Translations under genes and position numbers: made by a program
Origin: Hydrolagus colliei
Taxonomy: Eukaryota
DNA: 64,000 nucleotides
Direction: 5' to 3'
NCBI GenBank assembly: GCA_035084275.1
Contig: CM068751.1
Span: 7,564,001-7,628,000, forward strand
Part shown: piece after piece, positions 37,728-51,964 of the stretch
How the letters are laid out: each line of letters begins with the position of its first letter
Position numbering within the stretch: the first letter of the stretch is position 1
The notes under the pieces: model-generated
Told to the model about the DNA's origin: nothing
Databases searched by the model: none
What the model saw: only the letters and a program-made list of their open reading frames with translations

Positions 37728-38399
37728 CGTTATGATATTCAAAGATTTAGGATTTGCATGAAACATTGAGGGAATACATACATATACAATATATAAAAAA
37801 AACATTTTATAATACATCAATTTATATATAAGGCATATATTGTTAATATTTCCAGTTTATGCTATATTCCTACCAGCTGTGTTATTTTTAATAAGGACTT
37901 TAAAAGCAAATAATGATTTACTGATCTTTTTTTAAATGTTCACTTGGAATCACTTCAAGGTGATTTCCTGCAATGTACCAATCATTTAATTGTGTGTGAT
38001 ACCGTGTTCAGTCACCAGCACTCCCCTATTGAATTCTCTCTTCAGCCTATGAAGTTACAAAGCACTGTTGATTTGTAGCCTAAAAAACAGGCGACATCAC
38101 ACTACACAAGCCTGAAAATACATTGATTGAAATGGTAAAAGGTTCCACTCGTAAAACCTCAGTGGATAAACTGGCAGACATCAGAATGAAAGCATGAGTG
38201 AAACAGCTGAAAAGACATGAGCTTTTCCAATGAACTGAATCATGTCATTATTACCTTGCCTATAAACCGCAAACATAACGCAGTGCAATACATCTATGAC
38301 TAGAGTAGAGCATTAGCCATTCATTTGAATGCTATATAAATATACTGTACCTTTAATAGTCTACATTTAATTCCACAGCTGAAATCTATAATACATCTT

Positions 38400-38605
38400 A
38401 TAATAATAATGATAATGTATTAGTATGTATTGGTATTTGATTTGGTGTAGCGCCTTGTCACATCTTCAAGAGTCTCAAAAGTGTGTGACAGCGTATATTG
38501 TAAAGTGAATTGACTGTATATTTTGTAGGCGAATCGCGGCGGCGAATTGCGCACAGCAGTGTCCTACAAACAGTCGTGGATTGAATGCCCCGATTATTAT
38601 TATTC
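38400..38605 (-). mobile_element. SINE 3' half
   Basis: gtaaagtgaattgactgtatattttgtaggcgaatcgcggcggcgaattgcgcacagcagtgtcc matches the family body. Confidence 0.85.
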
Positions 38606-38906
38606 CGTTTTTCTTTTAGATTTTAAGGCGTGTTTCAATCACCACTTTTATAAATGTTGGGTGCAGTTCTTAGCTAACTGTACAGTTTACCAACCTGCGT
38701 ATCAGGAAAATGCAATGTCTGTAAGGTCACAGTGGAAAAACTAGCAAAGGAAAAGAAAGTCTATATCCCAGAAGAGTCACATGAGCTGCACAGTCAGACT
38801 TGTGCAATGATTTCAATTTGGAAACGCTTCTTTAATTCTGCCTTGGGTAGTAAACTATTTGCTTCACGTATACACTAGACACTCTGTTTTGAATCACAGA
38901 ACTGAC

Positions 38907-39121
38907 CTGAGGTGAGAGGCCGTTGCTAACAGTTGGGTTCATGGGATTGGTGGGGCCGGCAGGAGACACAAAGCTGTCAGTGTACCCTGAAAATCCATGC
39001 CTGCTGGAGGATAAGCAATAAGCTGAGCTGCTGTCTGGAGTGGAGGGGAGGCTGCTCTGATGAACTGACGTTGGAGGCAGAGGCTGTGGCCTGTGAACCG
39101 TGTTGCCCGGATCTGACATTG
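38907..39121 (-). CDS. PAX3: Pax3 exon 7
   Basis: TGCTTTCAG|CAATGTCAG...CCTCAG|GTCAGT; 215 bp. Encodes (A)[71 protein letters not shown]. Confidence 0.96.
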
Positions 39122-40365
39122 CTGAAAGCACAATAACATTTATTGTATCATTAACGCTGCATCACTTTCTCTTCTTTGGAAACTGCTGAGCCAGTTCCAG
39201 AAATAATAAGATGATGTATCTGTTCACATTCAAAATGTTTTTATTCCCTCACCTTCTCCTCTCAGGGCTCGAAAAATACATTTTACAACTTAAAGGTACA
39301 GTGTCTCTATGAGAAATAATCCCGGGGCAAACCTTTTTTTTTCACATTTGTTTACAACCAGAGAACTTGAAGGACCCAATGACGAAATCGCGTCAAAATC
39401 AAAATATCATTCACCATTGTGTCACAACATGTGATGCTAATCATGAGGAAGGGGCACGTTTTTTTCTTGAGCACTTTTTTTCCCATTCAAAGCAAAATTG
39501 TCTGCCAAGCATCTCTTTGAGCTGAAGCCGGTGCCCCTTTAAAACATGACACCACGCTCTTTAGAATCAAGCGTTTGCTGAGAAGTCTCTAACCATCATC
39601 GTTCGTTCAATCAAACCACATTTGAAAATGCATTTCCTGAAAGATAGCCTCAGTTGTGCTTGATCGAAGAGGCCTTGATAATGTCCTGCATGATGTATTA
39701 TTGGTTTACACCATTACCAAGGGATATACAGCACAGTATGGGGGTTGGAGGCATTCTCTTAAAATGTAAAGACTTATTTATAATTTGATTGAATAGATCA
39801 GTGCACTGCCCAAATAGTTATTGCAAACAGACTATGGGGGATAAAGATTTATGTGCCCATTTTTCACTTCCATATCAATTTGTGATTGCGTGAATGATGT
39901 GACTTTAAAACCATCATGTTTACTGGGTAATTCAGAGATCAGGGAGTCTGGCAAAGGCAAGGAACCAGAGACAAAAAGGTTGTTTAAAAATGGAAACTAC
40001 TAAATACATGCTAAAGAGGCAGGTAATGAGTCATAAACAAGAGTGGAAAATATCTTACAAACTATAGCAAAAACAACTGAGACCTACAGAATAAAGTATA
40101 ACATTTTCAGGCATTGTATAGCGCCTTTCATGTCATAAAGTGCAAACATTTATGCATCGATTCAATAGTTTTCATTTTCAGCAAATCCTTTCTGGCTGCT
40201 TTTCACAGCGGAAGGAAGAGTTAAATTTATCCTTCCAATATCCGATTCACTTGTAAAAAAAAATAAAAAATCATATAGCACAAATGCAGATTTAGTCAGT
40301 GAGTTTGACTGCCAGAAACCTGTCATTTCAGGGCAGATTCAATCTGGGATCAGATATTTGTTTAC

Positions 40366-40531
40366 CTTGTGGTATGGATGTCGGTGGGTAACTGGCATCA
40401 GAGAGCTGGTACGGAGACAGTGCTGGCATTGCTGTGGGTGGAAATCCTCCAGGGATTAGGTGATTAAACGCCAATAACTGGTTAGCTCCTGCTTGTTTCC
40501 TCCACCGAGCTCGACGGTTACTGAACCAGAC
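40366..40531 (-). CDS. PAX3: Pax3 exon 6 (homeodomain helix 3 with S50; start of transactivation region)
   Basis: Not in the ORF track; read by hand. TTTGTTAG|GTCTGGTTCAGTAAC...CCACAAG|GTAAAC; 166 bp. Encodes [55 protein letters not shown]. Confidence 0.97.
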
Positions 40532-43191
40532 CTAACAAATTAAAAAAGGATCAGATCAAGGGCAAAACAACTCAATAGTCAATAGAGCTAAATAACCCAT
40601 GACTGGCCACATGCCATAAACAAAGATGAAGCTAAGGTGAAGTATTGTATACTGTTTGCCCACGAGTAAGGATGGACTAGCAACGCAATGTAAACAGATG
40701 TTTAAAAATATATGGATGGGAATTATGCACTGAGCGATGTGGAAATTATCACCAACATCACATCACAACTTGCAGATTTTTGCCCCATCATAATAATAAA
40801 AGATGAGTAAATCAAATTTGGATTGCTATTTTTGTTTCAGATTGTATTTGATATTCTCCAAAGCTGACATGATAAATAACCCTCTCCTTGTCAGATTGAT
40901 GTGAGCCTTCGCCTGTTGTGTCTGTTGCCAGTAAATGCTCATCTCATTAAGCTGTTGTTTATTGGCCTGGCAGCAGGCTGCTGGGAATTGAGCGATAAAC
41001 ATAGAATAATACAACAAGTTGCATTCCGCTCCAGCATCCTACTGTTAGCAGCTTCCAAATGGTTTCTGCTAAATGTATTCCTCGCTACCACACTCTACAA
41101 CTTTTCAATTCTCACTCTCAGTCTGAGCTGTCAGTGAAACCGGTGACCTTTTGGCTTATTCAATAGAGCATGCTCCGTTGATGACTCCTACAAAACACCA
41201 AACTCACTAGGACACTGCGAGTTTCAAAGGAGCAGGGAAAAACCTTCAGTAATTCAGAGCAACTCCAGAATTCTGTTATTTTACGCACAGGTGCCCGAGT
41301 CTGAATGCAAAATGTCTGTGAATTCAGTCTGAAGTTCAGCCTTTTCTTCTTTGGCTGCACGCTGCTTTTGTTTTTCCTTTGGGAAGATGCAACCCTTTTT
41401 AAAATTTGTTTTAACGCTTGCAATAATTGCTGTACGATTTGATCATTTGATCTTCAGCAGTAATGGGACTTTCGTTTTTTTCTTAATTGCGCTACAGATG
41501 TTTCAGGAACACATTCCAGATTTAAAATGGTGGGACAGCTGTCATGTAAAAATATTTTTGGAAAAAATTCCTCAATAAAAGTCAGCGGAATCAGTATTCA
41601 TACTGTCTGAGAAAAGTTAAATTCCCAACACAGAGAACCTCCTGAAGAAGTCACTGATTGATTTAAATCTGTCACTCATGCTGGGTTTAGTAAAAGATCC
41701 ATATGTTAGTTGTTCTGGGGAATTTACTAGGGCACTAGATCACAGCAAGCCTCATAAGAGATGATCGGCCTCCTGAGACCAGATGAAGCTGTGAGGAATG
41801 CAGAGAAGTCACAGGGTTAAAGCTACACTGTGGCAGCTGCTGCATTAATGTTGCTTCTGCATGCACTGAGGGGCAAGGACTTAAAAAGTGTTAGCGTTCG
41901 TACTTCATTCAGAACAATTATTTAAACTGAACATTTAGACTACATGTGGAGTTATTGGGCCTTTTGGAGAATGGCAAATGTATTATGCAACGTCGCTGTA
42001 TAATAGACGGAGAAGCTGGATTTTATCATGATGACTGGCCTTGAAGAGCCTAAAGCATGGGAGATGAAGAAAAGGCAATCTTCCCTTCAGGTCCATATCT
42101 TCCGCGCAACACAAAACCCATCCGTTGATAGACTTTACCCAACTCAATCAACCTCTGGTGGTAAAGTAATATATAAATGTTCCCTGAATATCAAATCAAG
42201 TGAAACTTCAGAGCACACATCTAGCAGCCATCTACTAGGGTCATAGGGTGGAGGGCCGATATGGGATCAAATGTCTAATAGTAGCTCCCCCTCACCCTAG
42301 CACCCTCCTCTCCAATTTAAATCTCATTTCCAGCAGGAAAGAGTGCACCTGTACCTCAATGTACAACAATGAAATTATCTGGACTTCGGCATACAATGCC
42401 ATTCTTGAGCAGATACTTTATTAAATTCTTCTAAAGTCGAGTGCCGCAGATTATGGAGCTATGATCCCTAAATCTCACAGCTCCTGACGTGAAAGGCGCT
42501 ATACAAATGTAATGTGTTGCTGTTGGTTTTTGCCTGGCATCAAATTGCCATCTTACATCTACATTGCACTTACATCGTATTGTAAAGTCTGAATCATGTT
42601 CCCTCTCAATCTTCTTTTTAGAATAAAAAACACATTTGGCTCAGTGACTTGTGATGTGACAGTCCCAGAATCATCCTTATTTTTCTGCTCGTAATGAGCT
42701 CGAACCTTTAATGCCCTCTTGAAAGAGTATTATCTGTTACCATATGGTAGCCGACACAAGAAAAACCTTCTTAAAAAATACGTCGACAAAAAAAAACTAA
42801 TCCCCCGAGGCAAGGATAACTATTTCAGGTTTTAGATGTCGATTATTTAGATCAGTTATTAAAAGGTTCAAATCGTTGGCTCTTCAAAACAATTTCCCTC
42901 AACAAAATGGATGCTTCAGGCTAGTATGTCTTCATTGAGTTTCAGAACCTGCATTTGTAAGAGCAGCGGCATCACAAAACTTATTTCTCCAAGAATCTCA
43001 GCGCCTGAAAGAGCCGTGCTTCAGAAAAGGATTCAGACCCGGGATTATGCAGGTCATTATGCGATGATGTATTTCTTTTTAGATCGTTCTGCAATTGGAA
43101 TGGATATTTTCATTGGGTTATACGTCCTTATAATGCAGCGAAAAATTCCAAATGGCTAAATCCACTGGAGGTTTGACAGTGAAAAAATTCA

Positions 43192-43524
<333 letters not shown>

Positions 43525-46500
43525 TTAAATTATTGATCTGTAGTATGATAACATGCACCAACCTCTTCATATCTGACTGTTTAACCCACTGCAACAAGTT
43601 TTCATACCTTCTTGGTATTTCTGTGCAAACAACTTACAAAGCATCATAATGTTTGGTTTTGCATTGTAGGTATACTTTGGACCATACAAGTAAGACAGCA
43701 AATAAGAAAGGTACTAGTAAATCACTAGTAAATTGCCGTTTGTCAATCTTCTTTTGTGCAACTGATGATGGGAATGCTATTGATTTCTGACCGGCATGAT
43801 CAAGTACCACATGCTAAAAAAAAATATTGTTTAGCGACATATCTCAGGCAACCTTGTAAAGCCTTGCTTTACGAAAGCAGATTAGTTGGGTATTTTTTTT
43901 AAACTGCACTATCCACTAGCTTTCATCCTCCCACCTATAGACAGAAGCTAAGGAAAGCTTACTCTAGTCCCACATGCTGTGAAGATATTCAAGTTTCACA
44001 GCAAAGGTCACTTTCAGGAAGATGCAGCTTGTATAGTCACAGCACTGACCTCTGCTCTCAGCCTGGCTTTGAGGTCTGGGATTAGGTCTTCAGAGAAACT
44101 ATATGACCTGCACCTTCCTATAATTGATGCTCATTGTGAATGTGGGATATATTTATAACATATCACACTGGAACCTAACAGTTTTAGACAGTAGGTTTAC
44201 TTCCTTCCTATATTAAAAAATAGTTGGAATTTTGAAAGATTGTGAATATTTTGGATACAGCGGCTTTAATCATTGTAAGCAAAATATTTATCTTTCTTTT
44301 AATTTGAAGACCAGTTTCAATCAGATTTAATAATGCATCTTCTACTTCACTGTGTCAAAATCAAACCATTACTTATGCAAATAGTTTGCCAGTGAATAAC
44401 TGCTTTCTTAATTTTAAAGTGACTGAAATACCAGAAGATTAAATTGAAGCGCTGAATAGCGGTTTTTCAAATTAGATACTCGGCACAAAAGCTTAGCTTC
44501 AACTGAAGCTGAAGAGACAGTGTTATATAATTGTATCCTTCCTACAAATTCAATTTCCCTCAAGCTGAGTGAACTCATAAACGCTCCTCGCAGGTGCATA
44601 CTAATCTGTTTGCACAGATTTATGTGGGAGAAAGCAACATGGTTATTCGGAGGCAATGCGGCAGAAGTGGCCATGAATTGGAATCGGTAAGCTCTTCAAG
44701 CTGTCTCACTGCTCTCGCAGAGTTCCCCTGTTCGTAGGCACTTGTCTGGAAATGTCATTACATTCTGTGGATCTGGGGAATGTGAAGCAAAGCTCAGGCA
44801 GCATATTTACTTCAAAACCTAAGCAATAGACTGTAATCTGAAACTTTATACTAGGAAAGTCGTAAGATATAGAAACATTATACAGGGAGAGCCGCCATAT
44901 AGTGTACAACAGCTTTATACCGGAAGAATATAAAAACTTTAATACTGAGGGAGTCACGATGATGCACATATTAAACAAAGGATTTCGCTGTAAATGAATA
45001 CTTTAATCAGGGGTGCGCTCTCTTTGGTGAAACGATTTATCTCCGCGCTTCTTATGTTTCTCAAATTGATCATTGCTTGGAATGTGCACTCCTAATCTTC
45101 ACTGAAGTAACCAGCCCATCCGTCATGTTACCATAGCACACAGTTACCAGTATAATGCCGTTGTTTCCTGTTAATTGAATCCTCCCCAAATCTGGCAATT
45201 CCTTTCTGACCTGATAGAAATCTAATGTACTTTACAACAATTTACATTTATATAGTGCCTTTCACATCGGGAAGACATCTCAAAGCTCTCTAATAATTTC
45301 TGTGCTAGCTATGCAAAGTCTGAGATTAGTTCCACTGGACTAGTTCCATTTGACGGTCCACACCAAGTTCATGCTACACATGCATCTAGCTTTTTAAGGG
45401 TTCTCTAAGAATCTACAACACGGTATCTTGAATGCATATTTTTTGTAAAGTGAAAAAGAATTCAAGCCATCTCTTTCCAATTGTTAACTAACCACCAAGG
45501 CAATACTTTTATATGCCTACCCTCCATTAATGATGAACAGTGTTTTCCATTTCCAAAGAGACTTTATTCTTCAAAAATAAGCTAAACATTTCTAATTAGC
45601 AATGGCATAAACTGAAGACAGCACAACATTTGCAGTTTAGTTACAGTATTGTAATAGTAACTTAGAATTAACGCATTATGGCTGTTGAGTGATTCAAACC
45701 ATCTCAAATATAAAGTACAAGCTTTATTGGTTAGATTGCAGTCATGACATTAAGCTGACTGTGTACTGCTTAAAACGATTGTTTATATTTTTAGAGACAC
45801 AAATGGGGGCAATTTACATGTATATAGCGCCTTTCACATCAGGAGGACACCTCAAAGCACTTCAACACAGCTGAACGGCTACTCATTCTGGCCCAATGTG
45901 TCTTACAAATTATTATTATAGATAAGTGTCCATCCTCTAACAAATGAATTTGTATCTTACCCCTATTTCATTTGAGATTAATTTAATACAGACAATAGGT
46001 TAGTTTTGTTAAAACCAAATCTAGTTCCCAACTCTGTTGTAAAACATTTTGGTGTGGATTGTCCCTGTCCTAAACTGTGCATGTTCAATGATTGGGGCTG
46101 GCTGTGTGCTGGTAACACACACTCCTTCCATGTATTTATGCATTATCCATGCATGAGTATACATGGAGAAATTGTTCACCCAGCATCGACATGTAATGCA
46201 ATATGCACAGCTGGCTCTTTGCGGTAAGTGAACTGGATGGAGATTTTTAAAAGAAGTGTTAATAAGAGTCAGTCTGCATGCAGAGATTACATTCTTTATA
46301 GCTGGAGGCACTTGTTTCCATTGATCTTTAAACCACATTCCATTATCTTTGACAGTCTAAATAATACTTATATTTTCATTATAACGGATAGTAATTTCAT
46401 TGTAACAGAATAATTATTCAATTTCATTGAGTGAAATGCCACATTCAGCTTGATATTCAGTGAAATCAGTTCACCAACAGTTTCACCATTTCACTAAACA

Positions 46501-46639
46501 ATATCAATTCTTGACATCTGATTTCTAGACAGAGAGGCAGCATTTTCATAACATGAGTAGATGATAGCCTTCAACATTGCAGAAAATATTTACAAAAAGA
46601 TTGTTTTAAGATCTTTTTGATTTCTAAGCAGTAATAATC

Positions 46640-47090
46640 ATAGAACCATTCACAGCATAAAACAAGGGCATTCAGCCTATCATGTCTATACTGGCTCTTT
46701 GAAAGAGTGAGCCATTCAATCCCATTTACCTGCCTTTTGCTCACACCCCTATAAATTATTAATTTTTAAAAAGATATTTATCTAATTCCCTCCCAAAACC
46801 TAATCTGAATTATGCCTTAACTATCGCACCAAGTTCTACATCCTAACAATTCTCTGCATTAAAAAAAATCCTCTCCCCATTTGTTCTCTTGCTAATTATT
46901 TTAAATTGATGCTTTCTAATCACTGACTCAGTGACCAGTGGAAATAATTTTTCCCTCATAATTTTAAAGATCTCTATCAAATTTCCTCACAACCTTCTCC
47001 ATTCCATTGAAAGTACCCCCCGTTTCTCTCATCTCCACTAATAGGTCAAAGGACTCATCCATGGTATCATTCTAGTAAATCACATCTTTT
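46640..47090 (-). mobile_element. CR1-like LINE 3' fragment
   Basis: catagaaccattcacagcataaaacaagggcattcagcctatcatgtctatactggctc...ttaaagatctctatcaaatttcctcacaaccttctcc...ggtatcattctagtaaatc; typical reverse-complement CR1 3' end. Confidence 0.65.
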
Positions 47091-47174
47091 CTACTGTATA
47101 TTTCATCTGCTATCTATTTGCCCTGTCTACTAGTTTGTCGATATCCACTTGCAGTTGCTTACTGCATTGTGAGT

Positions 47175-47563
47175 TAATAATAATAATACAGTACTTGCAT
47201 TTGATATACTGTAGCACTTTTCATGTCTTCTAGACGTCTCAAAGCGCTTCACAGAATATACTGCAAAGTGAATTGACTGTGTATTTGTGGGTGAAACGCA
47301 GCAACCAATTGCGCACAGCATTGTCCCACAAATATTTGTGGATTGAAATGACCAACTTATTGTTTTTTCAGCGCCTTGGGATGTCCTCCCGATGTGAAAG
47401 GTGCTCTAGAAATGTAATTTTGTTGTATTGTTGTTGTTTTTTGAGGGATTATTATTAGGAGTGTGGGGTAAGGAAACTTGCCCAAGGTTTCGGCCTGCCA
47501 GGAAGTGAACCTAGGTCTCTCACTTATAACGCGAGTGCTCTAACCACTGAGCTACAGGACTCA
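47175..47563 (-). mobile_element. Full-length SINE with nested opposite-strand (TTG)-tailed insertion (about 47369-47437)
   Basis: Head at 47500-47563 and tail at 47175. The insert cagcgccttgggatgtcctcccgatgtgaaaggtgctctagaaatgtaattttgttg sits in the T-rich linker. Confidence 0.88.
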
Positions 47564-48434
47564 GTCTTTCACAGAATCTGGATATTAGCAGGTTTCCTTC
47601 AGGAAGGAACAAATTGAACCATAATCTTTCAGCTGAACAACTTTTTCAAAGTGCTAAAAACATCCTGTAAGCCTCCAAATCACAGTAAAACCCTGGATTT
47701 ACAATAACAAAGATGTTATTTCCATGGCAACTGGATGAAAAAAATACGTTCGCTCATGCAAATATCATTTTTGAAAGATGTCTTGATGGGCACTATTAGA
47801 TCATCTTCACATCGATGATTTAAACTATTATTGATTTTAACCAGCTTGGGTTCTCCTAATTTTACTGTAACTATCCCACTATTGTAACTATATGCATGCA
47901 AAATCTCCCCAAATCTCCCAGTCATTTTTTTGCTCCCACCAAATAGATATTCAGTGCTCTTTGTTGATTACTATTCCAGCTACTTTGAGTCTAGGGTTGT
48001 TTTTGCTGGATTTGCTCTGCTTGTGGTTGTGAACCCATAAAAGCAGATTTCCAAAGTTCAGGAGTGTATGTTAGCCTCCTGAGAAATCTTACAAACACTG
48101 GAAGTAGATCGTGGCAGAATGCATTGCCCAACATCACTGCTTCACGCACTCTGGGGTGCACAATCCAGAACCCAAACGGATTTAGTTATACTGCACCCGG
48201 ATGCTGTGCAAATCAGGCAGAAACACATGCATTGTGTTGGTTTTACTTGTTCCGGACTTTGGAAGCAAACCACAGTGATTTGACTGCTTTGAGAATGGGA
48301 TACCAGCCAATGGTAAAATGCAGTATAGCCAGACTGAAACCGGGAATAATTTGCACTCTGTATATTCCATTCCAACGCCACAGAATTTATACTCACACAT
48401 ATATTCCTTACTCATTTAATTATCTCAGATTCAA

Positions 48435-48575
48435 CTGGCTGTGTGCAATTGCCTGCCGTGTTTCGCCCACAAAATATACAGTAAATTGACTTTACAGTAT
48501 ACTCTGTGAAGCTCTTTAAGACATCTCAAAGACCTCATAAGGCGCGATATAAATGCGAGAATCATTATTATTATT
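48435..48575 (+). mobile_element. SINE 3' fragment
   Basis: gctgtgtgcaattgcctgccgtgtttcgcccacaaaatatacagt...aaatgcgagaatcattattatt. Confidence 0.8.
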
Positions 48576-50115
48576 AGTAGTACAAGTCATTTTTCTGACC
48601 AGTCATCGGAAGAAAACAATTTGCCTCTTCAAGCTTAAGTTGGATATGTCGTGGAAATGTATTTGCTATGTTACGAGTCACTATTGGACAGGCAATCATG
48701 AAAATATTATATCTATAAAGTGCCACAAATTGACATAGTCCCCATTGGGGCACCACAAATAAGCCGGGTAATGTATCCATGACATTCTTCTTTAGAAAGG
48801 TTTGATGCAGCTGAGGCTGCTTTTGTCTGGAGAGAACCCTGCTTGGCTGTATTGAAACTGGGAGAAAGTAGGAAAGACAGCAATTAGCAAAAGGATCAAG
48901 AACAGGGAAGCAATAACACTCCATGGGATTACAAATTCTTCACTATAGGAACAAATAAAAAGGGAGGGAAAGCATAAGTACCACCACCGGACAAACCATG
49001 AAGTTTAATTAAACCAGGAATTATGGAATTAGAAGCAGTTCTTTCTGCTCTGACCTTTACTGTGACTTCAGGAAATATTTGGCTTTGTTAAGGCCATGAT
49101 ATATGAACACTTCAGGCCAATTTCATAGGGAACTGAACACAGCATGCCATTCTAGTGCATGGCATCTTATTGAGATTTCTTTCGCTTCACACCAGTTGTC
49201 TCAATTGTTATTATAAACACAACTACACATTGGAGTTCAGAAGGCAGTGGATCGCACATGTTAAAAATGAAATTCATTGGCTCCTTGGCCTTTTTGTGTG
49301 TTGTGCTTTAGAGCAGCTACTTTTGAAAATCCTCATCAAATTCCCCATCGAAAAAAATTCCTTCTCTTTTCTCATGGGATCTTTAATTGCAGATGGGAAT
49401 TAGATTTTAATGCCTTATCAGAAGAAGCAATTTCTTTTGTAAACATTTACATGTGGTTTGCATAATAGCCCACCACTCCCCCCCCCCCCCACTCCCCTCC
49501 AATTTGCTCAATCTTACTGCAGTACATTAAGCCTCTTCGGTAAAATAACCTTTACAACATGCAAGATATTCAAGTAAAAATGATTACCTAAAAATCGCAC
49601 TTTTGGAAACAACTCACGAATGACTCTCTTTTATTTTAGGTGGCTGCGAAATTACTTTTACAAGCAAAATATGTATTAATCGTTGTTTTATATGCATCTA
49701 ACACAGAGGCATGTTACTGTTTTCTAACTATTATTACGTCACCGTTATCTTTTTGGAAATGTACATCTTTTCAGGGGAAATTGCCAGCACAGTACAGCGT
49801 AAACTACACCTTAATATGAAGAGTTACTTATTTGGTTTGTAAGTTTGTTCCTGGTTTTCCTGATGGTGTTGTTGCCCCTGTTTTTAATAAATTGTCTCCA
49901 CTAAGTTTTGTCCTACAAATCTCTCACCTTTCCTACCTTACCCTTGTAAAGAAACTTGATTCCCATTTTCCCCTGAACTGAATATTATTCAATCAACACC
50001 AGTTGCCTCCAGTACTCAAATGGGTGCCCATTATTCATGTGTATATCGTGACCGTGAATGATGGCTTTCAACCCTTGGTGAGACATTACAATGTCCATGC
50101 CCATTGCCCACACTT

Positions 50116-50167
50116 GTACATCTTCCACTAGGTGTCACTGAAAAGTGACACCTAGTGGAAGATGTAC
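50116..50167. repeat. Perfect inverted repeat: 24-bp arms, 4-nt loop
   Basis: GTACATCTTCCACTAGGTGTCACT-GAAA-AGTGACACCTAGTGGAAGATGTAC. Confidence 0.97.
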
Positions 50168-50964
50168 CCCTGCTAGGATGCACACAAGAAAGAACCCTGG
50201 TTGATTTGTTTTTGACTGGACGCCACAAACGCTGCTTTTTTATCTGATCACTAGAAGGTGTATGAGAATGACTTGAGAAGGGTGATTGCAGTCCAGTATG
50301 TTTCATGTTTGTAGCTGAAGACTTTGTTCCGAGATCAAGATTTCGCCAGCCAGGCCGTGAATCATGCCAATCACTCTGGCATAACTACAGGATTAATGTG
50401 CCAGTCATTCAACTTCAATGGTTACTTCATACCATATAGATTATGCTTTGGAGTGACAATACTCAATATTGGTTAGTGGTGTGTTTTTCTATATTCAGTA
50501 ATCTGACTTCGCACAGCGGTTCGAGACATGATGGCTGTAGGTTGCTAACTTGATCATCTGCTTTACTGACCATCCACAAAAAGGCAACTCAAAAGCCGTA
50601 GAACCGTGGTTCGATGTTGTACCATCAAATTCAACGCGTTGTGAAGAAATCTTTATTCAGATGTTTACAAAGAAAAAAAACACATATGCTTTTAAGGCAG
50701 AGAGAGGGCACCGTGGAAAGCAGGGGAGAGTGAATGCAAAGGACGTTGAAAGGGAGAATCAGAACATGTGGGTGTCATGAATAAATTAGTAACTGAGACT
50801 GCTGAACCACAGAAGAATAGGCATTGTTTCATTATTATTAAATCAACAAACCCACTAAACTGATAGCAAGCAAAGCTGACACCCACACACTACTGCCTGA
50901 TCTGTATCCCCTGTGTGTATCTTTATCAAGTGAAGCGATTGTCACGTTTTTTTTCCCCCTGTCT

Positions 50965-51200
50965 TTAATTTTCTCCCCCTTGTTCTGAAGTTACCAACTC
51001 CTGCTGGATAAAGACCACATATGCCAGCACAACCCCTTCGTTACCCCACCCAACCAGTCATCCTTCACGTATAGTCTAATTTTCCTAATTTGTGTGTCGG
51101 CTGCCTTAACAACTGCAAGGGCATCACAGTGGAGTCTGATTCTTTCCTCGTAAATGCGTTGACCAGCAAATGGTAGGGGGGTGGTTACTACAGGGACATA
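50965..51200 (-). mobile_element. LF-SINE-like 3' half
   Basis: ttctcccccttgttctgaag...ccagtcatccttcacgtatagtcta...gtgtcggctgcc...gggcatcacag is the reverse complement of the LF-SINE 3' region. Confidence 0.6.
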
Positions 51201-51214
51201 GAGATCAGAAATGA

Positions 51215-51536
51215 AGCTCTGATAGCTCAGTGGTTAGAGCATTCGACTTACAAGCATGACATCTGTGTTCGAATCCAGGCAGGTCATGGCGAAACCTTGG
51301 GCAAATTTTCTTACTCCACACGCCTAATAATAATCCGTCCAAAAGAACACAATAATAAAAATTGGTCGCTTTCAATCCTCAACTGTTTGTGGGACGCTGC
51401 TGTGCGCAATTGGCTGCCACGTTTCGCCCACAAATATACAGTCAATTCACTTTACAGTATATTCTGTGAAGCATTTTGAGATGCCGATAAGATGTGAAAA
51501 TCGGTATATCAAATGCAAGGATTAGTATTATTAATA
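51215..51536 (+). mobile_element. Full-length SINE (clearest copy of the dominant family)
   Basis: GCTCTGATAGCTCAGTGGTTAGAGCA...GTTCGAATCC...CTTTACAGTATATTCTGTGAAGC...TATCAAATGCAAGGATTAGTATTATT. Confidence 0.92.
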
Positions 51537-51964
51537 AGTGCAAACGCTAACTGGTTTGTTTTTAGGGTGCTGATTCAGTCTACTTGCAGAGCCTGGAACC
51601 TGGCTGCAATCAGCTGAGTTGAACGTACTGGCAATCGAATCTGGGACCGCGTGAGCTGATTCACTTTGAACAGTGATTTATCGAGCAAGTTCTTTTGTTG
51701 TGTTGTTTTAAATATTTTACCACATGCACACAGCCCTGCTCGCGCTGGAAACATCTTCCAGATTTCCACAGCTGCCGCGTCATGGGTTTAACGACGTCCC
51801 ACGGCACGGCAGCCTGTAAAGCGTTTTTATTGTGTGCTTTCCAGCTTCACAAGATAACACAGCTAATAGTTTTGAAGGCCACAAGCACAGTGTGCAGCAA
51901 TGATGTCCAGTTGCAATTCTGAGCACAGATGATGACAATCATTGCACTCCGCAGTGAGCGGAAA

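Noticed and set aside
48064-48489. 141-aa plus-strand ORF (and ORFs at 22283-22663 and 20138-20473)
   Set aside because: No recognisable domain; antisense to Pax3; 48064-48489 runs into SINE sequence; lengths are compatible with chance.
51215-51290. tRNA-like sequences with A and B boxes (also about 3270, 4030, 9640, 11650, 22805, 47500)
   Set aside because: These are SINE heads: divergent between copies, without a consistent acceptor stem, and always joined to the SINE body.
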